Shown here: in pieces, positions 45,699-55,820 of the stretch
How the letters are laid out: every line of letters begins with the position of its first letter
Numbering within the stretch: position 1 is the stretch's first letter
NCBI GenBank assembly: GCA_963783385.1
Contig: CAWANJ010000003.1
Location: 288,001 to 352,000, forward strand
Origin: an uncultured Gemmatimonadales bacterium
Lineage (GTDB): Bacteria; Gemmatimonadota; Gemmatimonadetes; Palauibacterales; Palauibacteraceae
DNA: 64,000 nucleotides
Direction of reading: 5' to 3'
Translations under genes and position numbers: made by a program
The notes under the pieces: generated by a model
What the model saw: only the letters and a program-made list of their open reading frames with translations
Told to the model about the DNA's origin: nothing
The model's database searches: none

Positions 45699-47764
45699 GC
45701 CCGGCGGGCCGCGTCCCGACGTCGCGCGCCCCGGAGCCCTCCGCCGGGACGGAGCCCGGCGCCGAGGGCGAGGGGCGCGACGCGCGGATCAACGACCTCG
45801 CCCTCAAGATCGCCACGGTCAACGGCACCGGGTCGGCCAGCGCCAACGGCCTCCTCATGCAGGCCATCTTCCGCATGGGGATCCCGGTCACGGGAAAGAA
45901 CGTGTTCCCCTCCAACATCCAGGGCCTGCCGACCTGGTACGAGATCCGGGTGAGCGGGGAGGGGTGGACGGCGCGCAGCCCCGAGTACGACCTGATCGTG
46001 GCCATGAATCCGGCCACCTACGCGCGCGATATCGACGAGGTCCAGACGGGCGGCTGGGTCCTGCACGACAGCTCGTGGCCCCTGGCCCGGGAGCTCCGCC
46101 GCGAGGACGTGACCTTCCTGGGCGTGCCCCTGGCCCGCATGGGCTCGGAGCACTTCCACGGCTCGCGCACCCGCATCCTCATGAAGAACGTGGGCTACGT
46201 GGGGGCGCTCTCCGCCCTGCTGCAGGTGGACCGGGACGTGGTGCGCAGCCTCCTCGAGGAGCGCTTCGGGGAGAAGAAGCGGGCGCTCCTCGACGCCAAC
46301 TTCGAGGCGTTCGACCTGGGGTTCGAGTTCGCCCGGGAGCACTTCGACTGCCCGCTCCCCATCCGGCTCTCGCCCATGGACGCCACCAGGGACTCGGTGC
46401 TCATCGATGGCAACACGGCGGCGGCCATCGGGTGTCTGTACGCGGGCGCCACGGTGGCCTCCTGGTACCCGATCACCCCCTCGACCTCGCTCGTCCAGGC
46501 GTTCGAGGCCTTCGCGAACCGGTACCGGAAGGACCCCGACACCGGGAAGCTGCGGGTGGCCGTGATCCAGGCCGAGGACGAGCTGGCGGCGGCCGGCATG
46601 GCGATCGGGGCGGGCTGGATGGGAGCCCGCTCGTTCACGTCGACCAGCGGGGCGGGGATCTCGCTCATGTCGGAGTTCATCGGGCTCGCCTACTACACGG
46701 AGATCCCGGTCGTCCTGTTCGACATCCAGAGGGTGGGGCCCTCCACGGGGATGCCGACCCGGACGCAGCAGGGCGACATCCTCATGGTGGCCTATGCCTC
46801 CCACGGCGACACCAAGCACATCGCGCTCTTCCCGGCCGACCCGAAGGAGTGCTTCGAGCTGGCGGTGGCGGCCTTCGACCTGGCCGAGCGCTTCCAGACG
46901 CCGGTGTTCGTGGTCTCGGACCTCGACATCGGGATGAACGACTGGGTGGTGCCCCGCTTCGAGTGGGACGACGACTACCGCCCCGACCGCGGCAAGGTGC
47001 TCACCGCCGAAGAGCTCGAGGCGGGGGCCGTGTTCCACCGGTACGAGGACGTGGATGGCGACGGGATCCCGTGGCGGACGCTGCCCGGCGTCCATCCGCG
47101 CGGCGCCTTCTTCACCCGGGGCTCGGGGCACGACCGCTACGCCCGCTACACGGAGGACGCCGGCCCGTACACGGACGTGGTGGACCGCCTGACCCGCAAG
47201 CACGCCACCGCCGCCGCGCACGTGCCGGCGCCGGTCATCGCGCGGATGCCGGGCGCCACCATGGGCCTGCTGACGATCGGCGGGTGCGACGCGGCCTGTC
47301 GGGAGGCCGTGCACGGGCTGGCGGAGCGCGGCGTCCCGCTCGACTACATGCGGGTCCGGGCCTTCCCGTTCGGGGAGGAGGTGGAGGCCTTCCTGCTGGA
47401 GCACCCGACCACCTTCATCGTCGAGCAGAACCGCGACGCCCAGCTCCACCACCTGCTCCTGGCCGAGACGGCGGTCACCAAGGACCGCCTGGCCTCCGTG
47501 CGGCGCTACGGCGGATTGCCGCTCAGCGCCGTGCACGTGGTGGAGGACGTGCTCGGCCTCCTGGGGGAGGGGGGCGGGAACGGCGACGGGGCGGCCGCGT
47601 CCGGAGGCACGGTCGGAGCCGCGGCCGGCGCCCGCGGCGGCAACGGAGCGCGGGCGGAGGGCGGACGCGGGAGCCCGGGGCGCTCGGGCTCGGACGGTGG
47701 ATCGCAGGGCCGCGGCGCCGGCGCGCCACGGAACGCCGCGGGCCCCGAGGGAGGTGACGCGTGA
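45695..47764 (+). CDS. korA: 2-oxoacid:acceptor oxidoreductase alpha subunit (gamma-alpha fusion); substrate not certain
   Basis: ATVNGTGSASAN, PSNIQGLPTWYE, WYPITPSTS, QAEDE, QRVGPSTGMPT, VEQNRDAQL; GTG overlaps upstream stop. Confidence 0.85.
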   Translation: MSPAGRVPTSRAPEPSAGTEPGAEGEGRDARINDLALKIATVNGTGSASANGLLMQAIFRMGIPVTGKNVFPSNIQGLPTWYEIRVSGEGWTARSPEYDLIVAMNPATYARDIDEVQTGGWVLHDSSWPLARELRREDVTFLGVPLARMGSEHFHGSRTRILMKNVGYVGALSALLQVDRDVVRSLLEERFGEKKRALLDANFEAFDLGFEFAREHFDCPLPIRLSPMDATRDSVLIDGNTAAAIGCLYAGATVASWYPITPSTSLVQAFEAFANRYRKDPDTGKLRVAVIQAEDELAAAGMAIGAGWMGARSFTSTSGAGISLMSEFIGLAYYTEIPVVLFDIQRVGPSTGMPTRTQQGDILMVAYASHGDTKHIALFPADPKECFELAVAAFDLAERFQTPVFVVSDLDIGMNDWVVPRFEWDDDYRPDRGKVLTAEELEAGAVFHRYEDVDGDGIPWRTLPGVHPRGAFFTRGSGHDRYARYTEDAGPYTDVVDRLTRKHATAAAHVPAPVIARMPGATMGLLTIGGCDAACREAVHGLAERGVPLDYMRVRAFPFGEEVEAFLLEHPTTFIVEQNRDAQLHHLLLAETAVTKDRLASVRRYGGLPLSAVHVVEDVLGLLGEGGGNGDGAAASGGTVGAAAGARGGNGARAEGGRGSPGRSGSDGGSQGRGAGAPRNAAGPEGGDA

Positions 47765-48816
47765 CCTACATCGAGAAGCCGCGGGTCCACCATCCCGCCC
47801 TCGAGAAGAACGAGCTCGGTCTCACCCGGCGCGACTACGAGGGCCGCATGTCGACCCTGTGCGCGGGCTGCGGGCACGACTCGGTCACCGCGGCCATCAT
47901 CGAGACGTTCTGGAAGCTGTCGGTGCCCCCGCACCGGGTGGCCAAGCTGAGCGGGATCGGGTGCTCGGCCAAGACGCCCACCTACTTCATCCAGGAGGCG
48001 CACGGCTTCAACGCCGTGCACGGCCGCATGCCCTCCATCGTCACGGGCGGCAACGCCGCCAACCGGGACCTCGTCTACATCGGGATCAGCGGCGACGGGG
48101 ACTCCCTGTCCATCGGCCTCGGGCAGCTGTGCCACGCCATCCGGCGCAACGTGGACATGCTCTACGTGCTCGAGAACAACGGCGTGTACGGCCTCACCAA
48201 GGGCCAGTTCTCCGCCTCGGCCGACGTGGGCTCGCGGTCCAAGACGGGCGAGGTGAACCGGCAGCGGCCCATCGACCCCGTGCTCCTGGCTCTGTCGCTG
48301 GGGGCCAGCTTCGTGGCCCGGAGCTTCTCGGGCGACAAGGCGCAGCTCGTCCCCATCCTCGAGGCGGGGCTCCGGCACCGCGGTCTGGCCCTGGTCGACG
48401 TGATCTCGCCGTGCGTCACCTTCAACGACCACGAGGGCTCCACCAAGAGCTACCGCTACACGCGCGAGCACGAGGTGGTGGCCGTGGAGGCCGACTTCGT
48501 GCCGCTCCGGCGCGAGATCACGGCCGAGTACGGGCCCGGCGACGTGCGCGAGGTGGCCATGCACGACGGCAGCGTGGTGCGCTTCCGGAAGGTGCCGGCC
48601 CACTACGATCCCACCGACCGCGACGCCGCCTACGCCTACGTTCGCGAGCGCCAGGAGGCCGGCGAGGTCCCGACCGGGCTCCTCCACATCGACCCCACCG
48701 GTCAGGAGATGCACGAGGTGCTGGGCACGGTCGAGACGCCGCTGGTCGATCTCCCCTACGAGGCGCTGTGTCCCGGCCGCGAGAAGCTGTCCGAGATCAT
48801 GGCGGCTTTCCGGTAG
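47761..48816 (+). CDS. korB: 2-oxoacid:acceptor oxidoreductase beta subunit (TPP-binding)
   Basis: STLCAGCGH, SGIGCS, VHGR, SGDGD..SIG, NNGVYGLTKGQ.S, SPCVTFN. Confidence 0.9.
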   Translation: MTYIEKPRVHHPALEKNELGLTRRDYEGRMSTLCAGCGHDSVTAAIIETFWKLSVPPHRVAKLSGIGCSAKTPTYFIQEAHGFNAVHGRMPSIVTGGNAANRDLVYIGISGDGDSLSIGLGQLCHAIRRNVDMLYVLENNGVYGLTKGQFSASADVGSRSKTGEVNRQRPIDPVLLALSLGASFVARSFSGDKAQLVPILEAGLRHRGLALVDVISPCVTFNDHEGSTKSYRYTREHEVVAVEADFVPLRREITAEYGPGDVREVAMHDGSVVRFRKVPAHYDPTDRDAAYAYVRERQEAGEVPTGLLHIDPTGQEMHEVLGTVETPLVDLPYEALCPGREKLSEIMAAFR

Positions 48817-48897
48817 GGCGACCGGGCGCCGCTCACCTCGTGCCCGCGGCTTCTTTCCCGGTCGCGGGGACGCCGAGGATTCTCGAACGTCGTATCC

Positions 48898-49172
48898 TCA
48901 CGAGGCCTCCACTTCGCCGTCGTAGGACAGGACGCGCTCGGCCATGACGCCCGTCACGGCGGGCCCTCGGGGCACGGGCCGTAGGTCAGGATGCGGTAGT
49001 CGATCAGGAAGGAGCCCTCCAGGGTGCCGGTGGCGTGGACGGTCATGCTCCCACCCGGGGTGTTGGGGGTCGGCGCCGCGCGGATCGCGGCTCCGGCAAG
49101 CGAGGCGACGAGCACCGCGACTCCGATCGCCCACGGACCGGCGGCCCGGACCGCGATGGCGCCCCGGTTCAC
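48898..49172 (-). pseudogene. Possible truncated or frameshifted small secreted protein
   Basis: Start overlaps the SnoaL stop; signal-peptide-like N-terminus then GTLEGSFLIDYRILTYGPC; another frame continues AERVLSYDGEV. Confidence 0.35.
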
Positions 49173-49612
49173 GAGTCGGACTCCGATGGCGGCAGCAGGC
49201 CGAGCTGCGCCATGGCCGCCAGGTTGTCCCAGCCGATCCAGGTCTCCGCGATCTCGCCGTCCGCTATGCGGTGGAAGACGAAGTTCATGATGTCGATCGT
49301 CCTTCCCGTGGCGGCGACGTCGCTCATGGCACCACGCTGCGTGCCGGTGCCGCGCGTGATGCAGGCGATGTAGGGTCCCTCGGCCACCATCAGCTCGATC
49401 TCCTCGTGCCAGTCGGGGAAGATGGCGAACTGCTCGCGGAGAAACCGGAGCATCTCCTCGATGCCGCGGATCTCCTGCATGTCCGTGGTCGCCTGACTGT
49501 GCCGGGCGTACTCGGGGCTCAACACGTCACGGAACACGTCCAGGTCGGCCTTGTTGACGCCCTCCTCCACCACATGGCGAACGAGCCGCTTGTTGTCTTC
49601 CAGGCTGCTCAT
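49169..49612 (-). CDS. SnoaL-like ester cyclase family protein
   Basis: GGAGG RBS; EDNKRLVR..VEE..N, FPD...I..MVAEG, GTQRG.....ATGR.I, RIADGEIAETW..WD. Confidence 0.88.
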   Translation of the reverse strand: MSSLEDNKRLVRHVVEEGVNKADLDVFRDVLSPEYARHSQATTDMQEIRGIEEMLRFLREQFAIFPDWHEEIELMVAEGPYIACITRGTGTQRGAMSDVAATGRTIDIMNFVFHRIADGEIAETWIGWDNLAAMAQLGLLPPSESDS

Positions 49613-49732
49613 GCGTGGGATCCTCCCTTGGTGTGAACGTCCGCACGGCGGTGGAGGCCCAGTCACGGGATGCGGCCACGTGTGCTCCGGCCTCGTTCAG
49701 GCGCTCGACCCGCGCGGCCGCCCTCTCTCTGG

Positions 49733-51179
49733 CTACTCCCCGGCCGCCACCCGCCTCACGATCTCGTACATCATGCCGGTCCCCCGCCGGATGTTCTCCA
49801 CGGACAGCCGCTCGTCGTTGCCGTGGATGCCGTGCTCGTCCTCCTCCGGGATCAGGAAGGGCGCGAACCCGTAGCAGTGGACTCCCAGGTCGCGGAAGAA
49901 GTGGCTGTCCGTGAACCCGGTCTCCACGGACGGGACCACGGCGGCGCCGGGGAAGCGCGCCTTCACGACGTCGTGGATGGCCCGGTACAGCGGATCGTCG
50001 GTGGGCGAGACGGCCGGCGTGAAGCCCATGATCTTCTCGATCCGGATGGACGGATCGGCGATGATCGTGGCCAGTCGCGCGATGAACGCGTCCTGGTCCT
50101 GGTCGGGCAGGAGCCGGCAGTCCAGCTGCGCCTCGGCGGTGGGCGGCACCACGTTGATCTTGTCGCTGCCGTGCAGGACCGTGATCGAGCAGGTGTTGCG
50201 GACCAGGGCGGCCATGGACGGGTGGTCGATCTGGAGCTTCAGCACCGTGTCCCGGCTGTTCACCGCCTCCGCGATGTCGCCGTAGGCCTTCTTCCACCCC
50301 GGGCCCACGCTGGGCGCGAGGGCCTTGAAGTAGGCGTCCACGGCTGGGCACGACCCGGGGCTGGAAGTGGTAGGTCTGGATCGCGTACAGGGCCGCCACC
50401 AGCCGGTTCACGGCGGAGGCCACCGGCGGGGTCGAGCCGTGGCCGGGGCACCCCGGTCGAGGTGAGCTTCAGCCACAGCGGCACCTTCTGCGTCACCTCG
50501 ATCCCGAACTGCTCGCGGCCGTCCGAGACCGTGCCCATGCCGCCCTCGTTCAGAAGCATCCCCGCGCCCCGGAACGCCTCGGGGTGGTGCTTCACCACCC
50601 AGCCGGCGCCGTAGAAGCCGCCCGCCTCCTCGTCCGCGGTGGCCATGAAGATCACGTCGCGATCCAGGGGGACCTTCAGCCGGTGCAGGGCGAGGAAGGC
50701 CTCCAGCTCCACGATCCCCAGCGTCTTCGTGTCCAGGGCGCCGCGGGCGTAGACCGTGTCGCTCCTCACCTCGGCCGCGAAGGGAGGCGCGTGCCAGTAG
50801 GCGGTGTCGGCGGGCACCACGTCCATGTGGGAGAGGAGGAGCAGGGCGGGCGCGTCGCCCGAGCCCTTCAGCCGGGCCCACACGTTTCCGCGGCCGGCCG
50901 CCGACACGGCCGTGTCGAACGGGATGCCCTCCCGCGCGAAGATCTGCGCGAAGAAGCGCATGGTGCGGACCTCGTTCCCCGGCGGGTTCGTGGTGTTGAT
51001 GCGCAGGTAGTCGCGCGTCGAGGCTCACCGCCTCGGTCGCCATGGTGGCCGTGTCGGGCGACTGGGCGCGGAGCGATCGCCAGCGGCGGGGCCGCGCTCG
51101 CGGCCAGCAGGAGGGCCATCGCGAGGGCCGTGGACGGCACGGCGGACGACGGGGCGGCTGCGAGCGGGGCACGGCGCAT
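49733..51179 (-). CDS. M20/M25/M40 family metallopeptidase, secreted; several frameshifts
   Basis: LLLLSHMDVVP, YARGALDTK, ADEEAGG, NEGG, GFTDSHFFR, IHGNDERL across several frames. Confidence 0.82.
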
Positions 51180-51315
51180 GGCTCGACCTCGGCGGCTGGG
51201 GTGGCGGCGCGCGCGTCACGACACCGGGGGGCGGAGCGCCCCTCCACGGTAGCGTGCGCGACCGCCTCCGGCCAGTTTGGCACGCCGTAGTGCGCCAGCC
51301 CAGCGGGAGGAGACC

Positions 51316-52109
51316 ATGCCCACCATCGACGTCGACGGCCGCACGATCGGATTCGAGGATACGGGGGGAGACGGTCCCGCCGTCCTCTTCCTGCACGGCT
51401 TTCTCATGGACCGCTCCATGTTCGGGCCCCAGGTCGAGGACCTGGCCCCCGACTTCCGCTGCATCTCCATGGACGAGAGCGGCTTCGGGGAGACGCCGGT
51501 GTGGGGTCCCTTCACCTACTGGGACCTGGCGGACGACGCCGTCGGGCCTGCTGGACGACTGGGCGTGGAACGCGCCGTGTTCGCCGGCATGTCGCAGGGA
51601 GGGTTCGTGGCCCTGCGCGCCGCGCTCCGGCACCCGGACCGGGTCCGGGCGCTGGTGCTCATCGCCACCGACGCCGGCGTGGACGACGAGGAGACCCGCG
51701 AGGGCTACCGGCAGATGTTCGCCACCTGGAGGGCGCAGGGGCCCATCGATCCGATCACCGAGACGCTGGCGGACCTCATCCTGGGGGACGACCCGGAGCT
51801 GCGGAGCCGCTGGATCGCGAAGTGGAAGGCGATCGATCCCGGCGCCCTGGCCGAGCCGGTGGCCTGCCTGCTGGACCGGGAGAGCGTCTCGGACGTCTGG
51901 GCGAGATCCGCTGTCCCGCCCTGGTCGTGCACGGGGAGAACGACGTGTCCATCGATCCCGTCGCGGGCCGAGGCGGTCGCCGCGGCGCTCCCCGATGTCG
52001 CGGCCTGGTGCGGGTGCCGGGGGCCATGCACGCCGCCTGCCTCAGCCACCCGAGGTGGTGAACCCGCCTCTGCGCGCCTTCCTCGACGAGGTCGTGTCGA
52101 GGGGCCTGA
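51316..52109 (+). CDS. Alpha/beta hydrolase; frameshifts in the 3' half, end approximate
   Basis: GGAGGAG RBS; LFLHGFLMD, nucleophile GMSQGG, shifted IRCPALVVHGEND and ..VNPPLRAFL. Confidence 0.78.
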
Positions 52110-52317
52110 CGGGCTCGGCGGCCTTCCGGCGGCCGCTCCGTCCGTCGCGTCGAGACCGGGTCTCATCGAACCCGCATGCCGTTCGTCGCGTGGCCGTTGC
52201 AGTCGGGGCGCGCTCCCTCCCACTTCATCGTGTAGCGGTGCCCGAACTTCGGGCACCGGCTCCGGCACCCCGGCTCGTTCGAAGGCGGGAGCCGACACGC
52301 GGCGGTGGAGGTGGACG

Positions 52318-52945
52318 ATGGCACGAGCGGCTCGCTCCTTCCGGCAGCCATCCCCGGGCGACTTCCGCAGGCCCGGATTCGAGGACGAGGCGATCCCGGA
52401 GCTCGAGGTGCTCTAACGCCCGCGCGCTGCGGCTCACGGGCGGGGACGCCATGCGGGCCTCCGACCTCGTCCAGGACACCATGGTCCGGGCCTACCGCGC
52501 CTGGGACGCCTACGAGAGAGGCACGAACGTGGGCGCGTGGCTCATGACCATCCTCCGCAACACTTTCATCAGCGACTATCGCCGCCGAAAGCGCGCCCCC
52601 ACGCCGGTCGAGCTCGACGAGCGGGCCGTGTCGGTGTTCCACCTGGTGAGCGACAGCGACCCGGAGGGCGAGTTCTTCCACCGGATCATCGACCGCGAGG
52701 TGGTGCGGGCCATCGAGGCTCTCCCCGAGGAGTTCCGCGTCCCGCTGGTGCTCTCGGACCTGCACGGCCTCAACTACGCCGAGATCGGGGAGCTGCTCGA
52801 TATCCCCCTGGGAACGGTGAAGTCGCGCCTGCACAGGGCCCGCCGAAGGCTGCAGCACCGCCTGTACGATTACGCCCTGGAGATGGGATACGTGAGCGGA
52901 CCGGCCCCGGGGCATGGAGAGGCCCGCGCCGCGGCCACCGCCTGA
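52318..52945 (+). CDS. ECF RNA polymerase sigma-70 factor; frameshift near 52415
   Basis: GGAGGT RBS; FEDEAIPEL, DLVQDT..RAY, AWL.TILRNTFI, LPEEFR, YAEI..LLDIPLGTVKSRLHRAR. Confidence 0.88.
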
Positions 52946-53054
52946 GCCCGGGCCGTTCGCCGGACCGAGCGGCGCCCGACCAACCTCGGTCACCGCCGCC
53001 CCACCGCCGTCGCCTGACCCCCGCCACCGCCCTCCGACCCCTCGTCCGGCCGCT

Positions 53055-53080
53055 TTACCACACTGTTACGAATCCTTTGC
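53055..53080 (+). promoter_or_regulatory. 11-bp-periodic direct repeats upstream of the porin gene (regulator box)
   Basis: TTAC (53055), TTAC (53066), TTGC (53077) in an AT-rich patch. Confidence 0.45.
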
Positions 53081-53187
53081 AGCGCCGTGGGGCGCGGCGG
53101 CCATCGTGTGCCGTCGACACCAGCGCGTGTCCATCGCCCGGACGGAGGAGCCGTCCCGCGCGGTGCGATCTGCGACCCAGGAGAGGG

Positions 53188-54225
53188 ATGACGATGAAGA
53201 TCATGCGATGGTCCGCAGCGGCACTGGCGCTCTTCGTGGCCGCCGCGTGGATGCCGCGCTCCGCGAGCGCCCAGGACGTCAGCACCAGCGGCGTGGTGTA
53301 CGCGCAGTGGCTCTACCAGCTCAAGCAGGACGCCGACAGCTCGCACTTCAACGGGTTCGACGTCACCCGGGCATACGTGAATCTCCGGGGCAAGTTCGGC
53401 GGTGGCGTGTCCACCCGGGTCACCGGCGACATCTACCGTGACGCCAACGGGTCCTACAACTACCGGCTCAAGTACGCCTACGTGGGCTTCACGCCCAGGA
53501 ACAGCCCGGTGACCTTCCTGTTCGGCCAGGTGCAGACGCCGTGGCTGGACTGGAACGAGGGCATGTGGGGCTACCGGATGCAGGGCACGATGGCCCTGGA
53601 CCGGAACCACTACCTCTCCTCCTCGGACATCGGCCTGGTGATGGACGGGACCTTCCAGAACCACCTGTTCGACTTCTACGCGGGCGTGTACAACGGCGAG
53701 GGCTACCACGCCGCCGAGGGTGACAGGCACAAGGACGTCATGGCCCGCGCCTCGGTGCGGCTCCTCGAGAGCGACGACATGAGCGCGCGCGGCGGCCTGC
53801 GGCTGACGGCCGAGGGCCAGCTCGGCGCGCCCACCGGCGGCGGCCGACGCAACCGGGCGATCGGGCAGCTCTCCTACAGGTCCAGGCTGCTCACGCTGGC
53901 CACCGAGATCGCCGCGACGGCCGACAGCTCGACCTCCTCGGCCACGCCGGAGGTCAAGGGCGTCGTGTCCAGCACCTTCGGCGTCCTCAACGTCCCCAAC
54001 AGCGCCGTGTCGCTGATCGGTCGGGTGGACATCGTCAACCCGAACAAGGACGTGACCGGCGACAGGAAGACCAACTACATCTTCGGCCTCGCCTACCGGA
54101 TCAGCCCGAACCTCCGGATTCTGGGCGACTGGGACTACACGCACTACGAGACGCCGCCGGCGGACTTCACGGCCGCTGCCGCCTCGTCTTCCAAGGCGCT
54201 CTTCCAGGCGGAGTTCACCTTCTGA
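53188..54225 (+). CDS. Outer-membrane porin-like beta-barrel (OprO/P-like superfamily)
   Basis: Signal peptide ending ASA-Q, FDVTRAYVN, RLKYAY, GVYNGEG, C-terminal Phe (QAEFTF). Confidence 0.75.
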   Translation: MTMKIMRWSAAALALFVAAAWMPRSASAQDVSTSGVVYAQWLYQLKQDADSSHFNGFDVTRAYVNLRGKFGGGVSTRVTGDIYRDANGSYNYRLKYAYVGFTPRNSPVTFLFGQVQTPWLDWNEGMWGYRMQGTMALDRNHYLSSSDIGLVMDGTFQNHLFDFYAGVYNGEGYHAAEGDRHKDVMARASVRLLESDDMSARGGLRLTAEGQLGAPTGGGRRNRAIGQLSYRSRLLTLATEIAATADSSTSSATPEVKGVVSSTFGVLNVPNSAVSLIGRVDIVNPNKDVTGDRKTNYIFGLAYRISPNLRILGDWDYTHYETPPADFTAAAASSSKALFQAEFTF

Positions 54226-54365
54226 TCCTCTGATCCGTCCGGGCGGTGGCGGCCCTTCCTGGCCGCTCCGCCGCCCGGCGGGGACGCGGTCGGCCGGCCC
54301 GCGGGCTGTGGGGTCCCGCGTCGCCGGCCGTCGCGCATCAGGGGCCGGGACCCTATGTCTCCGGC

Positions 54366-54965
54366 ATGGCGAATCCACGGTCCGACGAAGAGCCCCCGCG
54401 CGCCCGCTGTGCGTGGGCGGAGGAGGACGAGCTCCTCCGCGTCTACCACGACGTCGAATGGGGCGTGCCGCTCCGGGAGGAGCGTGGCCTGTTCGAGCTC
54501 CTGGTCCTCGAGGGCTCCCAGGCGGGCCTGAGCTGGCTCACCATCCTGCGCAAGCGGGACGCCTACCGGGAGGCGTTCGAGGGCTTCGATCCCGAGCGGG
54601 TGGCCCACTTCGGCCCGTCCGACATCGACCGGCTGGTGCGGAACCCGGGCCTCGTCCGTCACCGGGGCAAGCTCGAGGCGGCCGTCACCAACGCGCGCGC
54701 CACCCTGCGGCTCCGTGACACCGACAGCGGACTGGCGTCGCTGGTGTGGTCCTTCGTGGACGGGGCTCCGATCGACCACGGGTGGCGCGAGTCCGCTCGG
54801 GTGCCGGCCTCGACCCCGCGCTCGGCCGCCCTGGCGGGGGCGCTTCGCCGACGCGGGTTCGCCTTCGTGGGCCCCACCACCTGCTACGCGTTCATGCAGG
54901 CGGCCGGCCTCGTGAACGACCACGTGGCGGGCTGCTTCCGGCACGCCGAGGTGGGCAGGGACTAG
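54366..54965 (+). CDS. tag: DNA-3-methyladenine glycosylase I
   Basis: RCAWA....YHD.EWG, FELLVLEGSQAGLSWLTILRKR, FVGPTTCYAFMQAAGLVNDH..C. Confidence 0.96.
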   Translation: MANPRSDEEPPRARCAWAEEDELLRVYHDVEWGVPLREERGLFELLVLEGSQAGLSWLTILRKRDAYREAFEGFDPERVAHFGPSDIDRLVRNPGLVRHRGKLEAAVTNARATLRLRDTDSGLASLVWSFVDGAPIDHGWRESARVPASTPRSAALAGALRRRGFAFVGPTTCYAFMQAAGLVNDHVAGCFRHAEVGRD

Positions 54966-55055
54966 GCTCCCGGCTATGTTTCGGCCTCACGGTGGAGCAG
55001 GCTTCCGGGGCGACCGTTCGTGGCCGGCCCGGACCCGAATCGGAACGGAGGGGCC

Positions 55056-55637
55056 ATGACCGCGACAGGCGCTCGGAGCCGGAGGGCGGGCACGCTCCGC
55101 GGGGCGCTCGTCGGGCTGGCGCTCGCCGGGGCGCTGGCGTGTCCCGCGCGGCCGGCCCGCGCACAGGGAGTCACCGTCGGGGCCCTGCGTCCGGGGGCGC
55201 GGGTGCGGGTGCTGGGTCCGAATCTGGCCGAGCCGATCGTGGGGCGGCTCACCGCGCTCGCCAACGACACCCTCGCCGTGCTTCCGGAGGGGGCCGCCTC
55301 GCCCACCAGGATCTCCCTCGAGGACCCGATCGAGGTGCAGGTCAGCCAGGGGGATCACAGCCACCTGTGGCCCTGGGTGTGGAAGGGGGTCGTGGTGGGC
55401 AGCATCGTGGGCTTCGTGGGGGGAACCCTGATCGCCAACCACGAGAGCCTGACCGGGAGCGGCATCACGCGCGACATGGCCATCGGCACCGGCATCGGCG
55501 CCGGGGCCGGGGCGCTGACGGGAGGCGTGATCGGCGCGGTCCTGCCCTCGGAGCGGTGGAAGACCGTCTACCTGTCCTACCGGAAGACCGCCGGACGGTC
55601 CGGGGCCCTGGAGGTGGGTCTCCGCCTCCCGATGTGA
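55056..55637 (+). CDS. Hypothetical exported protein with glycine-zipper-like segment
   Basis: GGAGG RBS, signal ending ARA-Q, PGARVRV, GxxxG-rich hydrophobic helices, ERWK. Confidence 0.65.
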   Translation: MTATGARSRRAGTLRGALVGLALAGALACPARPARAQGVTVGALRPGARVRVLGPNLAEPIVGRLTALANDTLAVLPEGAASPTRISLEDPIEVQVSQGDHSHLWPWVWKGVVVGSIVGFVGGTLIANHESLTGSGITRDMAIGTGIGAGAGALTGGVIGAVLPSERWKTVYLSYRKTAGRSGALEVGLRLPM

Positions 55638-55820
55638 GGGCGGGCGCGTCCGCCGCCCCCACGGGCGCGCCGGTGGGCACCGGCGCGGGCGCGGCCCCGC
55701 TCTCCGTACGTGGCCCGGGGATCGGCCTGCTGATAGGATGCACCCGCGCGGTCCGGGGCGCGGGCCGTGGAACGAAGAGCGTGAGCAGCGGACGGGGCCT
55801 GGCCCTCGAGCGCGAATCCC

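Noticed and set aside
43199-47764. Apparent 1521-aa hemerythrin-KorA fusion
   Set aside because: The middle is an off-frame read through the KorC-like gene; the alpha subunit has its own coupled GTG at 45695
51316-52109. Alpha/beta hydrolase as the missing MenH
   Set aside because: Not in the men operon, and GMSQGG differs from the GYS(L/M)GGR motif typical of MenH
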